64,000 nucleotides of DNA from an uncultured Spirochaetota bacterium. GTDB lineage: Bacteria > Spirochaetota > Spirochaetia > SZUA-6 > Fen-1364. This document shows positions 28,491-38,225 of the stretch, piece by piece; the first letter of the stretch is position 1, and the number at the start of each line of letters is the position of its first letter. The notes under the pieces were generated by a model that saw only the letters and a program-made list of their open reading frames with translations, searched no databases and was not told the origin of the DNA. Where the stretch lies: the NCBI GenBank assembly GCA_963820525.1, contig CAWGAA010000001.1:224001-288000 (forward strand), given 5' to 3'. Position numbers and translations under genes: made by a program.

Positions 28491-29573
28491 CTACTGAGGC
28501 ACGAGCTTGTGCAGCGATATCCCGTCCAGAGCAAGCCTGCCGTCCTCGGAGGAGACTCGGGCGAGAACCTCGAGGGGCATTCCGTTTTGGAGCTCCGCGG
28601 CGAAAGACAGGCTGACGGGAACGATGCCCTCGAGCTCCTTCTTCTGGTCGTAGCCGACCAGGAAATCGAAGCGAATGGCGTCCTTGCCCACCGAAAGGTT
28701 CGCTACCAGGCCTTTCCACAGCACGCTGGCCCCGTCATACAACGGCGGATCCTTGGCCACGTCCCTGTAGGAGAACCCGTCCCTGAAGGTGGTGAAACTG
28801 GGCTTTTCTACAAAGCCCTTGAGAATCCTGACGCGCTCCTTGACGGGAAGCGAAGCATTGGACAGGAGGATTCGATTGATCTCGACGGCCGCCAGGTTGT
28901 CCCGGGATGAGAGCAGGTCCCTCTTTGCCTGCTCGAATCCCCTGAGAACCTGCCTCTCGGTGAGGGTGTAGGGAGAAGAAGAATCGGCTGCGCCGTTTTC
29001 GATGAGGCGGGGAAGGTTGTTGGGGATCTCCACTTCAGCGATTCCCCGCCTGGCGGGCGGGGGAAACGGAATGACGCGATAGCCTATGTATCCGAGCCCG
29101 ACCGCGATGAGGGCAACGAGAATCCCAACGACGAAGGGTACCACGGTGATGCGGGGGGGAAGAGGCGGATACAGCCGGTTGATTCGGGAGGAATCGACCA
29201 GCTCCTGGAGCTGATCGGGGGCGAGCCCCCTTCTCAGGATCTCCATGCCGCGCCTGGCCACCGCATTCGAGGGCTCGCTTTCCAGCACCTCGAGCCACAG
29301 AGCGAGGGCCTTCTCGGTTTCCGCCCGCCGCACGTGGATTGCCGCGAGGCCGAGGGCGGCCTTCACGTTTCCGCCGTCGAGCTGCCGCGCCCTGCCGAGG
29401 TACGAGAACGCGCCGCCAAGGTCGCCGGTGCGCAGGCAGGAGAGCCCGAGGAGAAGGAAATAGTCGATGCTTTCCCTGAAACGGAAGACTTCCGGCTCGA
29501 GGAACCGAATGACATCGGGGAACTTCCTGGCTCGAAAGAGTCTCTTCGCCTCCCCAAGGCTCTTGCCCTGCAT
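28491..29573 (-). CDS. TPR-containing single-pass membrane protein
   Basis: N-terminal TPR-like helices, central TM (VVPFVVGILVALIAVGLGYIGY) and a C-terminal beta-rich domain. Start at ATG 29573 or GTG 29594. Confidence 0.75.
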   Translation of the reverse strand: MQGKSLGEAKRLFRARKFPDVIRFLEPEVFRFRESIDYFLLLGLSCLRTGDLGGAFSYLGRARQLDGGNVKAALGLAAIHVRRAETEKALALWLEVLESEPSNAVARRGMEILRRGLAPDQLQELVDSSRINRLYPPLPPRITVVPFVVGILVALIAVGLGYIGYRVIPFPPPARRGIAEVEIPNNLPRLIENGAADSSSPYTLTERQVLRGFEQAKRDLLSSRDNLAAVEINRILLSNASLPVKERVRILKGFVEKPSFTTFRDGFSYRDVAKDPPLYDGASVLWKGLVANLSVGKDAIRFDFLVGYDQKKELEGIVPVSLSFAAELQNGMPLEVLARVSSEDGRLALDGISLHKLVPQ

Positions 29574-29596
29574 CCGACGGCTCCCCCGCTTCACTT

Positions 29597-30673
29597 TCAG
29601 TTCTTCTGGTACGAGGCGATGCGTCTCTTCAGCTCCGTCAGCGCCTGAGTCATGAGGGCAAGCTCGTCGTCCGTCACGGGCTGCCCGGAGGCGAGCTTGG
29701 CGTCGATGGATTCGAGAAGCGTGTTGATCGCGTTCAGATCCGCGCGCGCAGCCAGTTCCTTGTCCGGGATGTTCTTCGAGGCGTCGAGGGCCTGCTTCAG
29801 CGCGGCGCTGAGGTCCCGCGCGCCCCGGGCGGAGGCGGGGAGAATCGAGAACCCTTCGGGGGCCGAGCGTCCCATCACGGTGACCACCCGCCATTCGGCG
29901 CCCTGGTCGAGCGGCCGCGGATCGAAGTAATGGCTGACGGCGGAGTCATTGACGGAATACGGCAGGAGGTTGAAGTTGCGCGTCCCCGAGGTCTCGTACC
30001 CCCAGCTCGCGTCGCTCAGTCTCTTCCAGTTGGCGAACACCACCCGGTCGGGCACGCTGATCCCCTCTCCGGAAAGCATGCACATCAGGCCGAACTGCTC
30101 CGGATCTCCCACCAGGGGAGAGATCCAGGAGAGGGCTCTGTCGTCCTTGGCGAGCGTGAGCTCGCGGCTGATCTCGGGAATCTTATCAGTGCGGAAATGG
30201 ACGTAGCTGGGCTCTCCGAGGGAGGTGTCGAAGAGGTAGCGCACCCCCACGGTGAGCGATTGCTGGGAGACATTCTTGAGGACAAGGTCGATGCGCACGC
30301 CGTCCGCCAGAGGCGATCCGGCGGACGAAACGAAGGAGAAGTCCTCCGTCACGCGAAGCATCGGGGAAGTCCAGACGAAACGGGCGCCGCCGTCCGTGCG
30401 TTCGACGGATCCGCGAAACTCGGAGCTTTCCCCCAGGCGGTAGACCTTGTTGCCGATGGCGAGGCTGACAAACGAGGTCCGCGGGTCCTTGTCGGAGAGA
30501 AGCGCCTTGTAGGCTCCGCCCTTGACGTCGATCAGGTAGGCCATCGAGAAACGCCCGAGCCCCTCGAAGAGGGTCAGCTTCATTCTTCCCTGTTTCAGAT
30601 CCAGCGACCAAAGCGTTGGGCAGAGCAGCACCAGTGCCGCCACAGCGCCGAAGATTCGTGAACGCGCCGCCAT
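29597..30673 (-). CDS. Exported hypothetical protein (beta-rich domain plus C-terminal helical tail)
   Basis: Signal-peptide-like start MAARSRIFGAVAALVLL, host-like codon usage, and coupling to the upstream TPR gene. Confidence 0.75.
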   Translation of the reverse strand: MAARSRIFGAVAALVLLCPTLWSLDLKQGRMKLTLFEGLGRFSMAYLIDVKGGAYKALLSDKDPRTSFVSLAIGNKVYRLGESSEFRGSVERTDGGARFVWTSPMLRVTEDFSFVSSAGSPLADGVRIDLVLKNVSQQSLTVGVRYLFDTSLGEPSYVHFRTDKIPEISRELTLAKDDRALSWISPLVGDPEQFGLMCMLSGEGISVPDRVVFANWKRLSDASWGYETSGTRNFNLLPYSVNDSAVSHYFDPRPLDQGAEWRVVTVMGRSAPEGFSILPASARGARDLSAALKQALDASKNIPDKELAARADLNAINTLLESIDAKLASGQPVTDDELALMTQALTELKRRIASYQKN

Positions 30674-31728
30674 CACCGTTTCCCCCCGTTGCGCTCGAGC
30701 CACGCGAGGTATGCCTCCTTCAGGGCAAGGGCATCCTGCTTGACCTCGAGCATCCGCGAGACGCGATCCAGATCCGCTTTGCGCTTCTCGATGTCCTGGA
30801 GGCTCGCCGCTGCCGCCGCCGCCTGCGCCTGCGCCGCCGCCACTTCGGCCGGAGACGGGGCCGTTGCCTGGGCCTGCGCCGTGGCCAGCGCCGCCGCCTG
30901 GTCCGCCAGCTGATCCTTCAAGTCCTGGATCTGGGCGGATAGGGCTTCCGCTTCCGCGCTCTTTTTCTCCAGAGAGCTTCGAAGGTCGGCGATTGTTTTT
31001 TCATCCTGGAGCTGGCCCGTGGAGGCGAGTTTCTTCTGCAGAGACTCGATGGCCTGCTGGTAGGTTCTCTCCCGGAGCTGGAACTGCTCCACGCTCTTGA
31101 GGAAATCCTCGTGGCTCCATTTCACCAGCTTGGTCAGCTCCAGCTCGCGGCGCACAAGGTCGATCACCGAAAGCCGGTATTGAGCCGTCTCCACCTTGAA
31201 GCTCGAGGGGTAGTCGACGACGATTTTCTTGAATACGGCGCTCGCCTCGTCGAGCCTGCCGAGATTGTAGAGGCTCTCCGCAACCCAGAAATATGCGTTG
31301 GCCACGAGAGAAGATTGGGGATACTTGGAGAGGAACTGCTGGAGCTGCTGGATGGTATTATCGTATTCCTCCTGCATGAACAGGAGCCTGCCCTTCTGGT
31401 AGAGGGCCTCGCCGTAGTCGACGCCTCCCGGAAAGCTGGCGAGGTAGGTCTCGAGGTATTTCTCCGCCTCTTCCAGCCTTCCGACCGCCATGTAGGCCTT
31501 GGCGAGCCAGAAATACCCGGAGGCCTTCAGCACGGGAGTGGCCGACGTGTCGAGTAGGACGTTTTGAAACGCCGTGATGGCATTATCGTAGAGACCGCTG
31601 GTGAACAGCCGTATCCCTTCCTGAAGGTCCTCCTTGGCCCCCTCGTTCGCCGCCGGGAGAGAGGGCGCCACCGCCATGAGGAGCGACAGGATCATGGGCA
31701 GGATGCTCGCCTTCGCGATATATGCCAT
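30673..31728 (-). CDS. Exported TPR plus coiled-coil protein (CpoB/BamD-like TPRs)
   Basis: Signal peptide, TPRs (FLSKYPQSSLVANAYFWVAESLY) and an Ala/Gln-rich coiled coil. SD AGGAG. Confidence 0.85.
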   Translation of the reverse strand: MAYIAKASILPMILSLLMAVAPSLPAANEGAKEDLQEGIRLFTSGLYDNAITAFQNVLLDTSATPVLKASGYFWLAKAYMAVGRLEEAEKYLETYLASFPGGVDYGEALYQKGRLLFMQEEYDNTIQQLQQFLSKYPQSSLVANAYFWVAESLYNLGRLDEASAVFKKIVVDYPSSFKVETAQYRLSVIDLVRRELELTKLVKWSHEDFLKSVEQFQLRERTYQQAIESLQKKLASTGQLQDEKTIADLRSSLEKKSAEAEALSAQIQDLKDQLADQAAALATAQAQATAPSPAEVAAAQAQAAAAAASLQDIEKRKADLDRVSRMLEVKQDALALKEAYLAWLERNGGKR

Positions 31729-31823
31729 GAGCGTATTCTTCTCCTAATTAGTCTTTCGACCCGGGAAAGAAAGAACTCAAATCCAAATTTCCTCCCCCAT
31801 GGTTCGCGGCGACCTTCTCTCCC

Positions 31824-32489
31824 CTACCGTGCGGGGCCGCCGCGAAGCATCTCGACCTCTGCCTTGGGATCCGGAGAGTCGAATATCGCGGAGCCGGCCA
31901 CGATGACCTCGGCTCCGGCATCCAGTGCAAGGCGGATCGTCTTGCTGTGGATCCCGCCGTCCACCTCTACGAGGTAGCTGTAGCCTTTCTCCTCCTTGAG
32001 GGCTTTCAGCTTTTCGACCTTCTTGAGGCACTGGGGGATGAGCTCCTGGCCGCCGAATCCCGGGTTGACGGTCATGACGAGAACGATATCGACCATTGCA
32101 AGGACTTCACTCAGGGCGTCGACGGGAGTAGAGGGAACGATGGAGATCCCGGGATGCCTGCCGCAGTCGCGAATGGCCGCCAGCGCCCGGTGCACGTGGG
32201 TGGTCGCCTCCAGGTGGATCGTGACATAGTCCGCGCCCGTGCGGCAGAACTCCTCGACGAAGTTCTCGGGGTTTTCGATCATGAGGTGAGCGTCGAAGGG
32301 CAGACGGGTTACCTTGCGCAGGTCCGCCACGGCCTTCGGCCCGAAAGTGATGTTTGGCACGAAATGCCCGTCCATCACATCGAGATGGATAAAATCGCCC
32401 CCGATCTCCTCGATCAACCGCACTCCCCGGGCGAGCTCGCCGAAGTCAGCGGAAAGCAGGGACGGGGCCACGATGACCCTGGAACTCAT
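31824..32489 (-). CDS. rpe: Ribulose-phosphate 3-epimerase
   Basis: APSLLSADF, HLDVMDGHFVPNITFG, MTVNPGFGGQ and EVDGGI. Confidence 0.98.
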   Translation of the reverse strand: MSSRVIVAPSLLSADFGELARGVRLIEEIGGDFIHLDVMDGHFVPNITFGPKAVADLRKVTRLPFDAHLMIENPENFVEEFCRTGADYVTIHLEATTHVHRALAAIRDCGRHPGISIVPSTPVDALSEVLAMVDIVLVMTVNPGFGGQELIPQCLKKVEKLKALKEEKGYSYLVEVDGGIHSKTIRLALDAGAEVIVAGSAIFDSPDPKAEVEMLRGGPAR

Positions 32490-32495
32490 GGCATC

Positions 32496-32523
32496 ATAAT
32501 AGCAGAAGAAGGCGGCTTTGCAA
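32496..32523 (-). promoter_or_regulatory. Putative promoter of rpe (leaderless)
   Basis: Minus strand TTGCAA, 16 bp, TATTAT with TGc extended -10. The -10 ends 6 nt before the ATG and no SD is present. Confidence 0.55.
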
Positions 32524-32532
32524 GCACGGCGG

Positions 32533-32699
32533 GCCGCCGCAGTTGCAGCGTTCCGGGGCGCTCTACCCCCCAGGGCTCTCGCAGTTTGCTGCGCAAACCG
32601 CTGCCGCCCCGGGGCCCCCTCTGGCGAACCTTCGGCTCGCCAGGGAGCCGCCGCAGTTGCGGCGTTCCGGGGCGCTCCGCGCAGTCGAGCCGCCGCAGT
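32533..32699. repeat. REP/REPIN-like intergenic element
   Basis: 31-bp direct repeats GCCGCCGCAGTTGCRGCGTTCCGGGGCGCTC at 32533-32563 and 32647-32677 (one mismatch), a partial third copy at 32689-32699, and hairpins between them. Confidence 0.7.
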
Positions 32700-32700
32700 G

Positions 32701-32728
32701 TTGACGAAACTGGAGTGGACGCTATAAT
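32701..32728 (+). promoter_or_regulatory. Sigma70 promoter of the TPR-greA-vWA operon
   Basis: TTGACG (32701-32706), 16 bp, TATAAT (32723-32728). Confidence 0.7.
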
Positions 32729-32775
32729 GGAACGAGATAGCGAAAGGCGGGGTTTACGCCCGAGCTCCGGGATCC

Positions 32776-33741
32776 GTGATCTCCTCCGATATGACAGAGG
32801 GCCAGCTCAGTTTCCGCGACGACAAAGTCACCGAGATTCTGAACACGGCGTTTCAAAGCCTGAAGGAGGGGCTGTTCGCCGAGGCGATGGATTCTTTGGA
32901 GAGGGTATTGGAAGCCGACATCGCCTATCCGGGAGCGGCTTCGGCGCTCGAGTGCGCCGGTTTCTGGAGGGAAAGACAGGAGAAGGAGCGATCGCTCACC
33001 GACACTTACGAGAAGGGAGAGTGGCTTCTCTCCCAGTGGAAGGTCTTTCGGGAGTTCGCGCTGCGGCTGGGGGACGTTCCCGAGGGCTGCGCTCTGGCCA
33101 TCAAGCAGTACGTGTTTTCATCGGCGCTGGCTCACTATCTCAGCCTCGTGGAAACGGAACCGGGGGGAGATCCGGAGATGCTCCTCCGGGCCGGGCACTG
33201 CTACAAGCGGCTCGGCGACTACGAACGCGCGCTCGAGCTTCTCGAGCGCGCCAACGCCGAGCGTCGAGAGAATGCAGAGCAGCTGGCGGAGCTGGCCGAC
33301 TGCTATTCCCTGGTGAACGAGACCCGGGCATCGAAGGTTTTTTTCCGGGAGGCTTTCTTCCTCGATCCCCAGGCGGTGGACCTGGAGGCGCTCGAGTCGC
33401 CCATGATAACGCGTCTGATCGCGAAGGTCCGCGGCCTCGGATACGGCGAGCCCGAATTGAAGGAGTGGCTTCCCGTCTACGGGGCCATTTATGGAGTCTT
33501 CAACGTGAAGAGGGAAATGAAGCCCCTTGAGCTTGGCAAGCTCAAACAGTCGATCTTCCTCTTGCAGAAGGAGATCGACTCCCAACCAGAGGCCCGCGGC
33601 ATGGTTCCGCGCCTGATAAACCGCTGCTTCTGGCTGATCGACCATTACCTTTCGGCGGGAGAGAGCCGGGAAAAGATCGAGGAAGTCCTCGCACGCATCG
33701 CAGCGTTGGACCCTCGAATATACAAGGAATACTCGACGTAG
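32776..33741 (+). CDS. TPR-containing protein upstream of greA
   Basis: TPR motif (LRAGHCYKRLGDYERALELLE) and LFREAF-like FFREAFF. Start at GTG 32776 or ATG 32791. Confidence 0.8.
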   Translation: MISSDMTEGQLSFRDDKVTEILNTAFQSLKEGLFAEAMDSLERVLEADIAYPGAASALECAGFWRERQEKERSLTDTYEKGEWLLSQWKVFREFALRLGDVPEGCALAIKQYVFSSALAHYLSLVETEPGGDPEMLLRAGHCYKRLGDYERALELLERANAERRENAEQLAELADCYSLVNETRASKVFFREAFFLDPQAVDLEALESPMITRLIAKVRGLGYGEPELKEWLPVYGAIYGVFNVKREMKPLELGKLKQSIFLLQKEIDSQPEARGMVPRLINRCFWLIDHYLSAGESREKIEEVLARIAALDPRIYKEYST

Positions 33742-33768
33742 AGGCCCGCGGTACGAAGGAGATCCAGG

Positions 33769-36465
33769 ATGGCTACAGATCTTGTCAAGACTGTCACCGA
33801 GCTGCTGAACGAGGAGAAGTGGACGAGGGCGACGCTCAACAGCTATTCGATATCCAACTTCAAGGAGCTCGATACGCTCATAGACCAGGCCCGCTCCGAG
33901 GGGCTTGCCGATGAGGTTCGGGAGCTTGCCGGCGAACACCTGAAGCACACCTCCAACTCGATCATCGCCCTCTACCTCTCCGGGATCATCGCGCTTTCCA
34001 AGGAGCTGGTGGACGATACCAACCTCATCATGCTCATCAGCATCTTCACGGACAACCACAAGTTGAACATCGTCGAATACCTCGCCGACAGGATCCTGGA
34101 GTTCGGGGAAAACAAGTTCGCCCTCCGCACCCTGGGGGAGTGCTACGAGAACAGGAACGACGATGCGAAGAAGCTCGAAGTGTGGGACAGGCTCATCCGC
34201 GTCGACTACGAGGAAGCGGAGATCGTCAAGATCCTGGGAGAGAAGCGGGAAGAGGAGGGGGACGTCGATGCCGCCGTGGACTACTACAAGAAAGCGATCC
34301 ACCGCTTCATCAACAAGAAGCAGTTCGCCAGCGTCAAGGAGCTGTGGGACAAGCTGATCGAGCTCTGTCCCGAAGACATCGACTTCTTCTTCCACATCGA
34401 GAAGCGCATTTCGAAGAACATCAACGGCGAGCGCGCCGCCTCCCTCCTGACGACTCTCATCCCCTACTACAGGGAAAAGGGAGAATGGGATACGGCCATC
34501 GAGATCTTGAAGAGGATCCTCGACTACGATTCCAAGAACAACGCTGCCCGCAAAGACATCATCGATTGCTACCGGGAGAAGTACAAGAACCACAGCCAGC
34601 TCGAGGACTACATCAAGATCTCCAACCTCAACCAGAACTGGAGAAACGTCCACGAGGCCATCGCGGATTTCGAAAAGCACATCTCCTTCGACACGGGCAA
34701 CTACGTGTTCCACCGCACCTGGGGCATCGGGCGCATCGTGAGCATCAAGGACGACACCTTCGTCATCGACTTCGCCAACAAGACCTCGCATAAGATGTCC
34801 CTCAAGATGGCGGTGAGCGCCCTGGAGGTGCTCTCTGCCGAGCACATCTGGGTATTGAAGAGGACGATGCCCAAGGAGGAGCTGGCGCCCAAGGTGAAGG
34901 CGGACCCGTCGTGGGCGCTGAAGCTGATCATCAAGAGCTTCGGCAACTGCGCCGACATGAAGCGGATCAAGGCGGAGCTTGTGCCCGACGTGCTGTCGAC
35001 GGGGGAATGGTCGCGCTGGAACACCGAGGCGCGGTCCATCCTCAAGAAGGACTCCGCGTTCGGAAACCTGCCGGACAAGATCGACCAGTTCATGGTCCGC
35101 GACAAGCCCATCTCCTTCGAAGAGAAGACCTACAACAAGTTCAAGGCCGAAAAGAACTTCTTCGACCGGGTGAAGACCATCGAGGACTACATCCAGGGCG
35201 GCCAGGCGGAGCCGGATTCGGACTGGTTCTCCGAGATGTTCTCCTACTTCACTACATTCCTGAAGGGAACCCCGGGCGTTTCGGAGACGGTGATCGCAAG
35301 CTGGCTCCTTGTCCAGAAAATCTCCGCCATCTACCCCTTCCTCAACCCGGGCGTCCTGCTCACCTTCGAGGAGCTGTTCAGGAAGATCGAGAACCTGGAA
35401 GAGACCTTCATGAAAATCGAGGACCCGGAGCTGAAGCGGGAGTTCCTCATCGCGATAAAAAAGAACATCCCGGAGTGGCCCGAGGTTTTCAAGCGCCTGT
35501 TCTCCCTGTATCCCAACAGGTTCATCGTCGACGAGCTCGTCGCCAACAAGCTCTGGGACGTCCTGGCCACCCTCATCTCCCAGCTGCAGGCCCGCTACAA
35601 GGAGAACAGGGACGCTTTCGTCTGGATGGCGAAGAACCTCCTGGGAGAGCGCTGGCTGGAGAGGATGAGCGTATCGCGCGAGAAGATCTTCATCGGTCTC
35701 ATCCACCTCCTGGAGATCACCTTCCGCGAGATCGCCAACAAGCGCGACGCGAGCGCCAACAGGAAGACCAACCGCCAGATCCATGAGTTCCTCTTCGACG
35801 AGGGCAGGCTCCTCGAGTTCCTCATGGGAGCCGACGAGGATTCCATCACCCGCCTCTATACACTCGTGGACGACGTGAAGGAGCTGGACCCCTCCATCAA
35901 GATCCACCTCAAGCACAGGATCAAGGAGAAGTATCCCAACTTCCGCTTCCTCGGAGAGCACGAAGCCGAAAAGGTGAGCCTCGGCCTTCTGGTAACGCGT
36001 GCCAGCTTCGAGAAGAAGCAGCAGGACTTGAAGCACGTCCTCGATTTCGAGATCCCCGAGAACTCCAAGGAGATCGGCGTTGCCATGAGCAAGGGGGATC
36101 TTCGCGAGAACGCCGAGTACAAGGCCGCCCTCGAGAAGCAGGAGATGCTCAAGGTGGCGGCCTCACGCCTGCAGGAAGAGCTTCAGGCCGCCCAGATCTT
36201 CAACGAGAACGAGGTGAACACCAACAAGATCTCCTTCGGCACGCGGGCGCGCCTGAAGAACCTCAAGGGCGGCCAGACGGAGGAGTACCTCATCCTCGGG
36301 CCGTGGGAGTCTAATCCCACAAGGAATATCATCTCCTACCTCTCTCCCCTCGGCGCCGCGCTCTGGAGCCATGCAACGGGAGAGGAGCTTGCCTTCACGA
36401 TCAATCAAAACGAGTTCCACTATGTCGTGGAAAACATTGAAAAGGCGGACTTGAAAAATCTATGA
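33769..36465 (+). CDS. greA: Transcription elongation factor GreA, long spirochaete type
   Basis: C-terminal GreA domain (GDLRENAEYKAA, ILGPWES, ISYLSPLG) on a ~740-aa helical N-terminal extension. Confidence 0.95.
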   Translation: MATDLVKTVTELLNEEKWTRATLNSYSISNFKELDTLIDQARSEGLADEVRELAGEHLKHTSNSIIALYLSGIIALSKELVDDTNLIMLISIFTDNHKLNIVEYLADRILEFGENKFALRTLGECYENRNDDAKKLEVWDRLIRVDYEEAEIVKILGEKREEEGDVDAAVDYYKKAIHRFINKKQFASVKELWDKLIELCPEDIDFFFHIEKRISKNINGERAASLLTTLIPYYREKGEWDTAIEILKRILDYDSKNNAARKDIIDCYREKYKNHSQLEDYIKISNLNQNWRNVHEAIADFEKHISFDTGNYVFHRTWGIGRIVSIKDDTFVIDFANKTSHKMSLKMAVSALEVLSAEHIWVLKRTMPKEELAPKVKADPSWALKLIIKSFGNCADMKRIKAELVPDVLSTGEWSRWNTEARSILKKDSAFGNLPDKIDQFMVRDKPISFEEKTYNKFKAEKNFFDRVKTIEDYIQGGQAEPDSDWFSEMFSYFTTFLKGTPGVSETVIASWLLVQKISAIYPFLNPGVLLTFEELFRKIENLEETFMKIEDPELKREFLIAIKKNIPEWPEVFKRLFSLYPNRFIVDELVANKLWDVLATLISQLQARYKENRDAFVWMAKNLLGERWLERMSVSREKIFIGLIHLLEITFREIANKRDASANRKTNRQIHEFLFDEGRLLEFLMGADEDSITRLYTLVDDVKELDPSIKIHLKHRIKEKYPNFRFLGEHEAEKVSLGLLVTRASFEKKQQDLKHVLDFEIPENSKEIGVAMSKGDLRENAEYKAALEKQEMLKVAASRLQEELQAAQIFNENEVNTNKISFGTRARLKNLKGGQTEEYLILGPWESNPTRNIISYLSPLGAALWSHATGEELAFTINQNEFHYVVENIEKADLKNL

Positions 36466-38225
36466 AACACACACGGATTCTCCTCGCCCTCGCGGTGGTC
36501 CTGTGCGTGTCCATGCCCCTGGCGGCGGCCAACATGGACCTCGTCGTCATGGTGGATACCTCCACCAGCATGTTTCCCTACTTCGACGACCTGATGCACT
36601 TCCTCATCCAGGATCTGCTCACGACGAAGCTCCATTCGGGCGACACGTTCCACCTGTTGAGCTTCAACAGCACCCCCGAGGTTGAGCTCTCCCTCGACAT
36701 GGGAAGCGAGGAGGCGGCCGAAAAGGCTTTCGGCCGGCTTCTGCTCCTGCAGCCTCTGGGCCGCTATACGGACCTGGTGGCGGCCCTCCAGTTCCTCTAC
36801 CACTATACGAAGGAGCTGCCGGATTCCAACCCAAAGACGATCCTTCTGGTCACGGATGGAGTCCACGATCCACCGCCGAACAGCCCCAACCGCGGGGATC
36901 ACGAAAAGATAAAAAAGGCGATTGAAGAAATCACGGGATCGATCAAGAAAGAGGGATGGACGCTGCGGATCCTCAAGGTTCCCGCCGAGCCCGCCCCCGG
37001 AGAGGAAGGCCTGCCGAGCTATCTTCCCGAGGTCTCGGAGGGGCTGGGAGTGCCCATCGTTCCCTACAGGAACGAGGACAAGGCGCAGGTAACCGGAGAG
37101 ATTATGGGCTACCCCACCCTCCTGTTCCCGCCCGCCCTCGGCAGCGTGGGAAGCCGGTTCGTCGCGCCTTTCCGGGTGAAGAACTTCAGCGCGGATCCCA
37201 TCATCGTGCGGCTCTCCAGCGTCCAATCCGAAAGCAGCGAGCTATTAGAGCGGACCGTGACGATTGCCGTAGCCCCCAAGAAGGAAGCAGCCCTCAATGT
37301 TCCCCTACGCCTCCCTTCCTCCATGGCCGCGGGCGACTATTCCCTGACCGTGAAGCTGTCCTTCGAAGACGATATCCGGATTTCGCCGACCGAGGGGACC
37401 CTCCGCTTCACGTACACGGGCCGGGGCGGCATGCCTGCCTTGGGATTGACCCTTTCCTCTATTTTGTACGCCGTGCTGGGCGCCGTCGGGATTCTCCTGC
37501 TTGTCGCCCTGTTCCTGTTCCTGAGGCGCAAGCTCCATGAAGTGCCGCTGGCGGGAGTCGAAAGGGCAGCAAAGCGAAGGGAGGAAACAGCCCTTGCGCG
37601 CCCGGCGCATGGTCAAGCGGCCCCGGCAAAGATCCCCCTTCTGTCCGCAGAGGGCGAGAAGGCCGCATCGCAACCCTCCCCTGCCCGCGCCGAAACCCCT
37701 GTCCTCCGCGAGCGGCGAAAGCTCGTCCCCCTCCTGGAGGTCGGCGCGCCTTCGCACGCGGGAGGTCTCCTCGCCGCATCGGCCGCCGGCAGGCGCCCCA
37801 CGGTGGAGAGCCTGCGCAAGGCGCTCCCCCAGCCTCTTCTCCAGCGCTCCGGGCTGCCCCCCATGATCGAGATGCGGGCCAGCGACCAGAACTCCCATAT
37901 CGGCTTCCGCAACATCCACAGGATTCCCCAGGGGGGCTCGCTCAGCGTCGGCGGAAGGTTCTCCTCCTATCTCATCTATTTCGTGCCGGTCCCGCGAGGG
38001 ATAGCCGAGATCCGAAATGAGGGCGGGCGGTACACTTTCGTTCCCCTGCGCAAGGAGTTTTTCCCCGGCCTTCCGCGGCCTCTGGTCGATTGCATCGCAG
38101 CGGAGATACCGATGGTGACCCCCAAGGGCTACACCTTCACGATACGTTTCCGCGAGTGGGTATCGCCTCTCGATGAGATCAACGCGCTGATGCGATCGAT
38201 ACACCATGAGGGGAAACGAAGCTAG
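36462..38225 (+). CDS. vWA-domain single-pass membrane protein
   Basis: Signal peptide, MIDAS motif DTSTS...YTD...VTDG, beta-rich domain, TM and C-terminal domain. ATGA overlap with greA. Confidence 0.85.
   Translation: MKHTRILLALAVVLCVSMPLAAANMDLVVMVDTSTSMFPYFDDLMHFLIQDLLTTKLHSGDTFHLLSFNSTPEVELSLDMGSEEAAEKAFGRLLLLQPLGRYTDLVAALQFLYHYTKELPDSNPKTILLVTDGVHDPPPNSPNRGDHEKIKKAIEEITGSIKKEGWTLRILKVPAEPAPGEEGLPSYLPEVSEGLGVPIVPYRNEDKAQVTGEIMGYPTLLFPPALGSVGSRFVAPFRVKNFSADPIIVRLSSVQSESSELLERTVTIAVAPKKEAALNVPLRLPSSMAAGDYSLTVKLSFEDDIRISPTEGTLRFTYTGRGGMPALGLTLSSILYAVLGAVGILLLVALFLFLRRKLHEVPLAGVERAAKRREETALARPAHGQAAPAKIPLLSAEGEKAASQPSPARAETPVLRERRKLVPLLEVGAPSHAGGLLAASAAGRRPTVESLRKALPQPLLQRSGLPPMIEMRASDQNSHIGFRNIHRIPQGGSLSVGGRFSSYLIYFVPVPRGIAEIRNEGGRYTFVPLRKEFFPGLPRPLVDCIAAEIPMVTPKGYTFTIRFREWVSPLDEINALMRSIHHEGKRS

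Noticed and set aside
32533..32699. 31-bp direct repeats as a possible CRISPR array
   Set aside because: Only two full copies, the 83-bp 'spacer' is itself palindromic, and there are no cas genes in the window.
33118..36036. 972-aa antisense ORF opposite greA, and similar long antisense ORFs opposite rpsA, mutS, the cyclase and pnp
   Set aside because: Shadow ORFs expected from strong GC3 codon bias. They have no recognisable motifs and are fully overlapped by well-supported genes.
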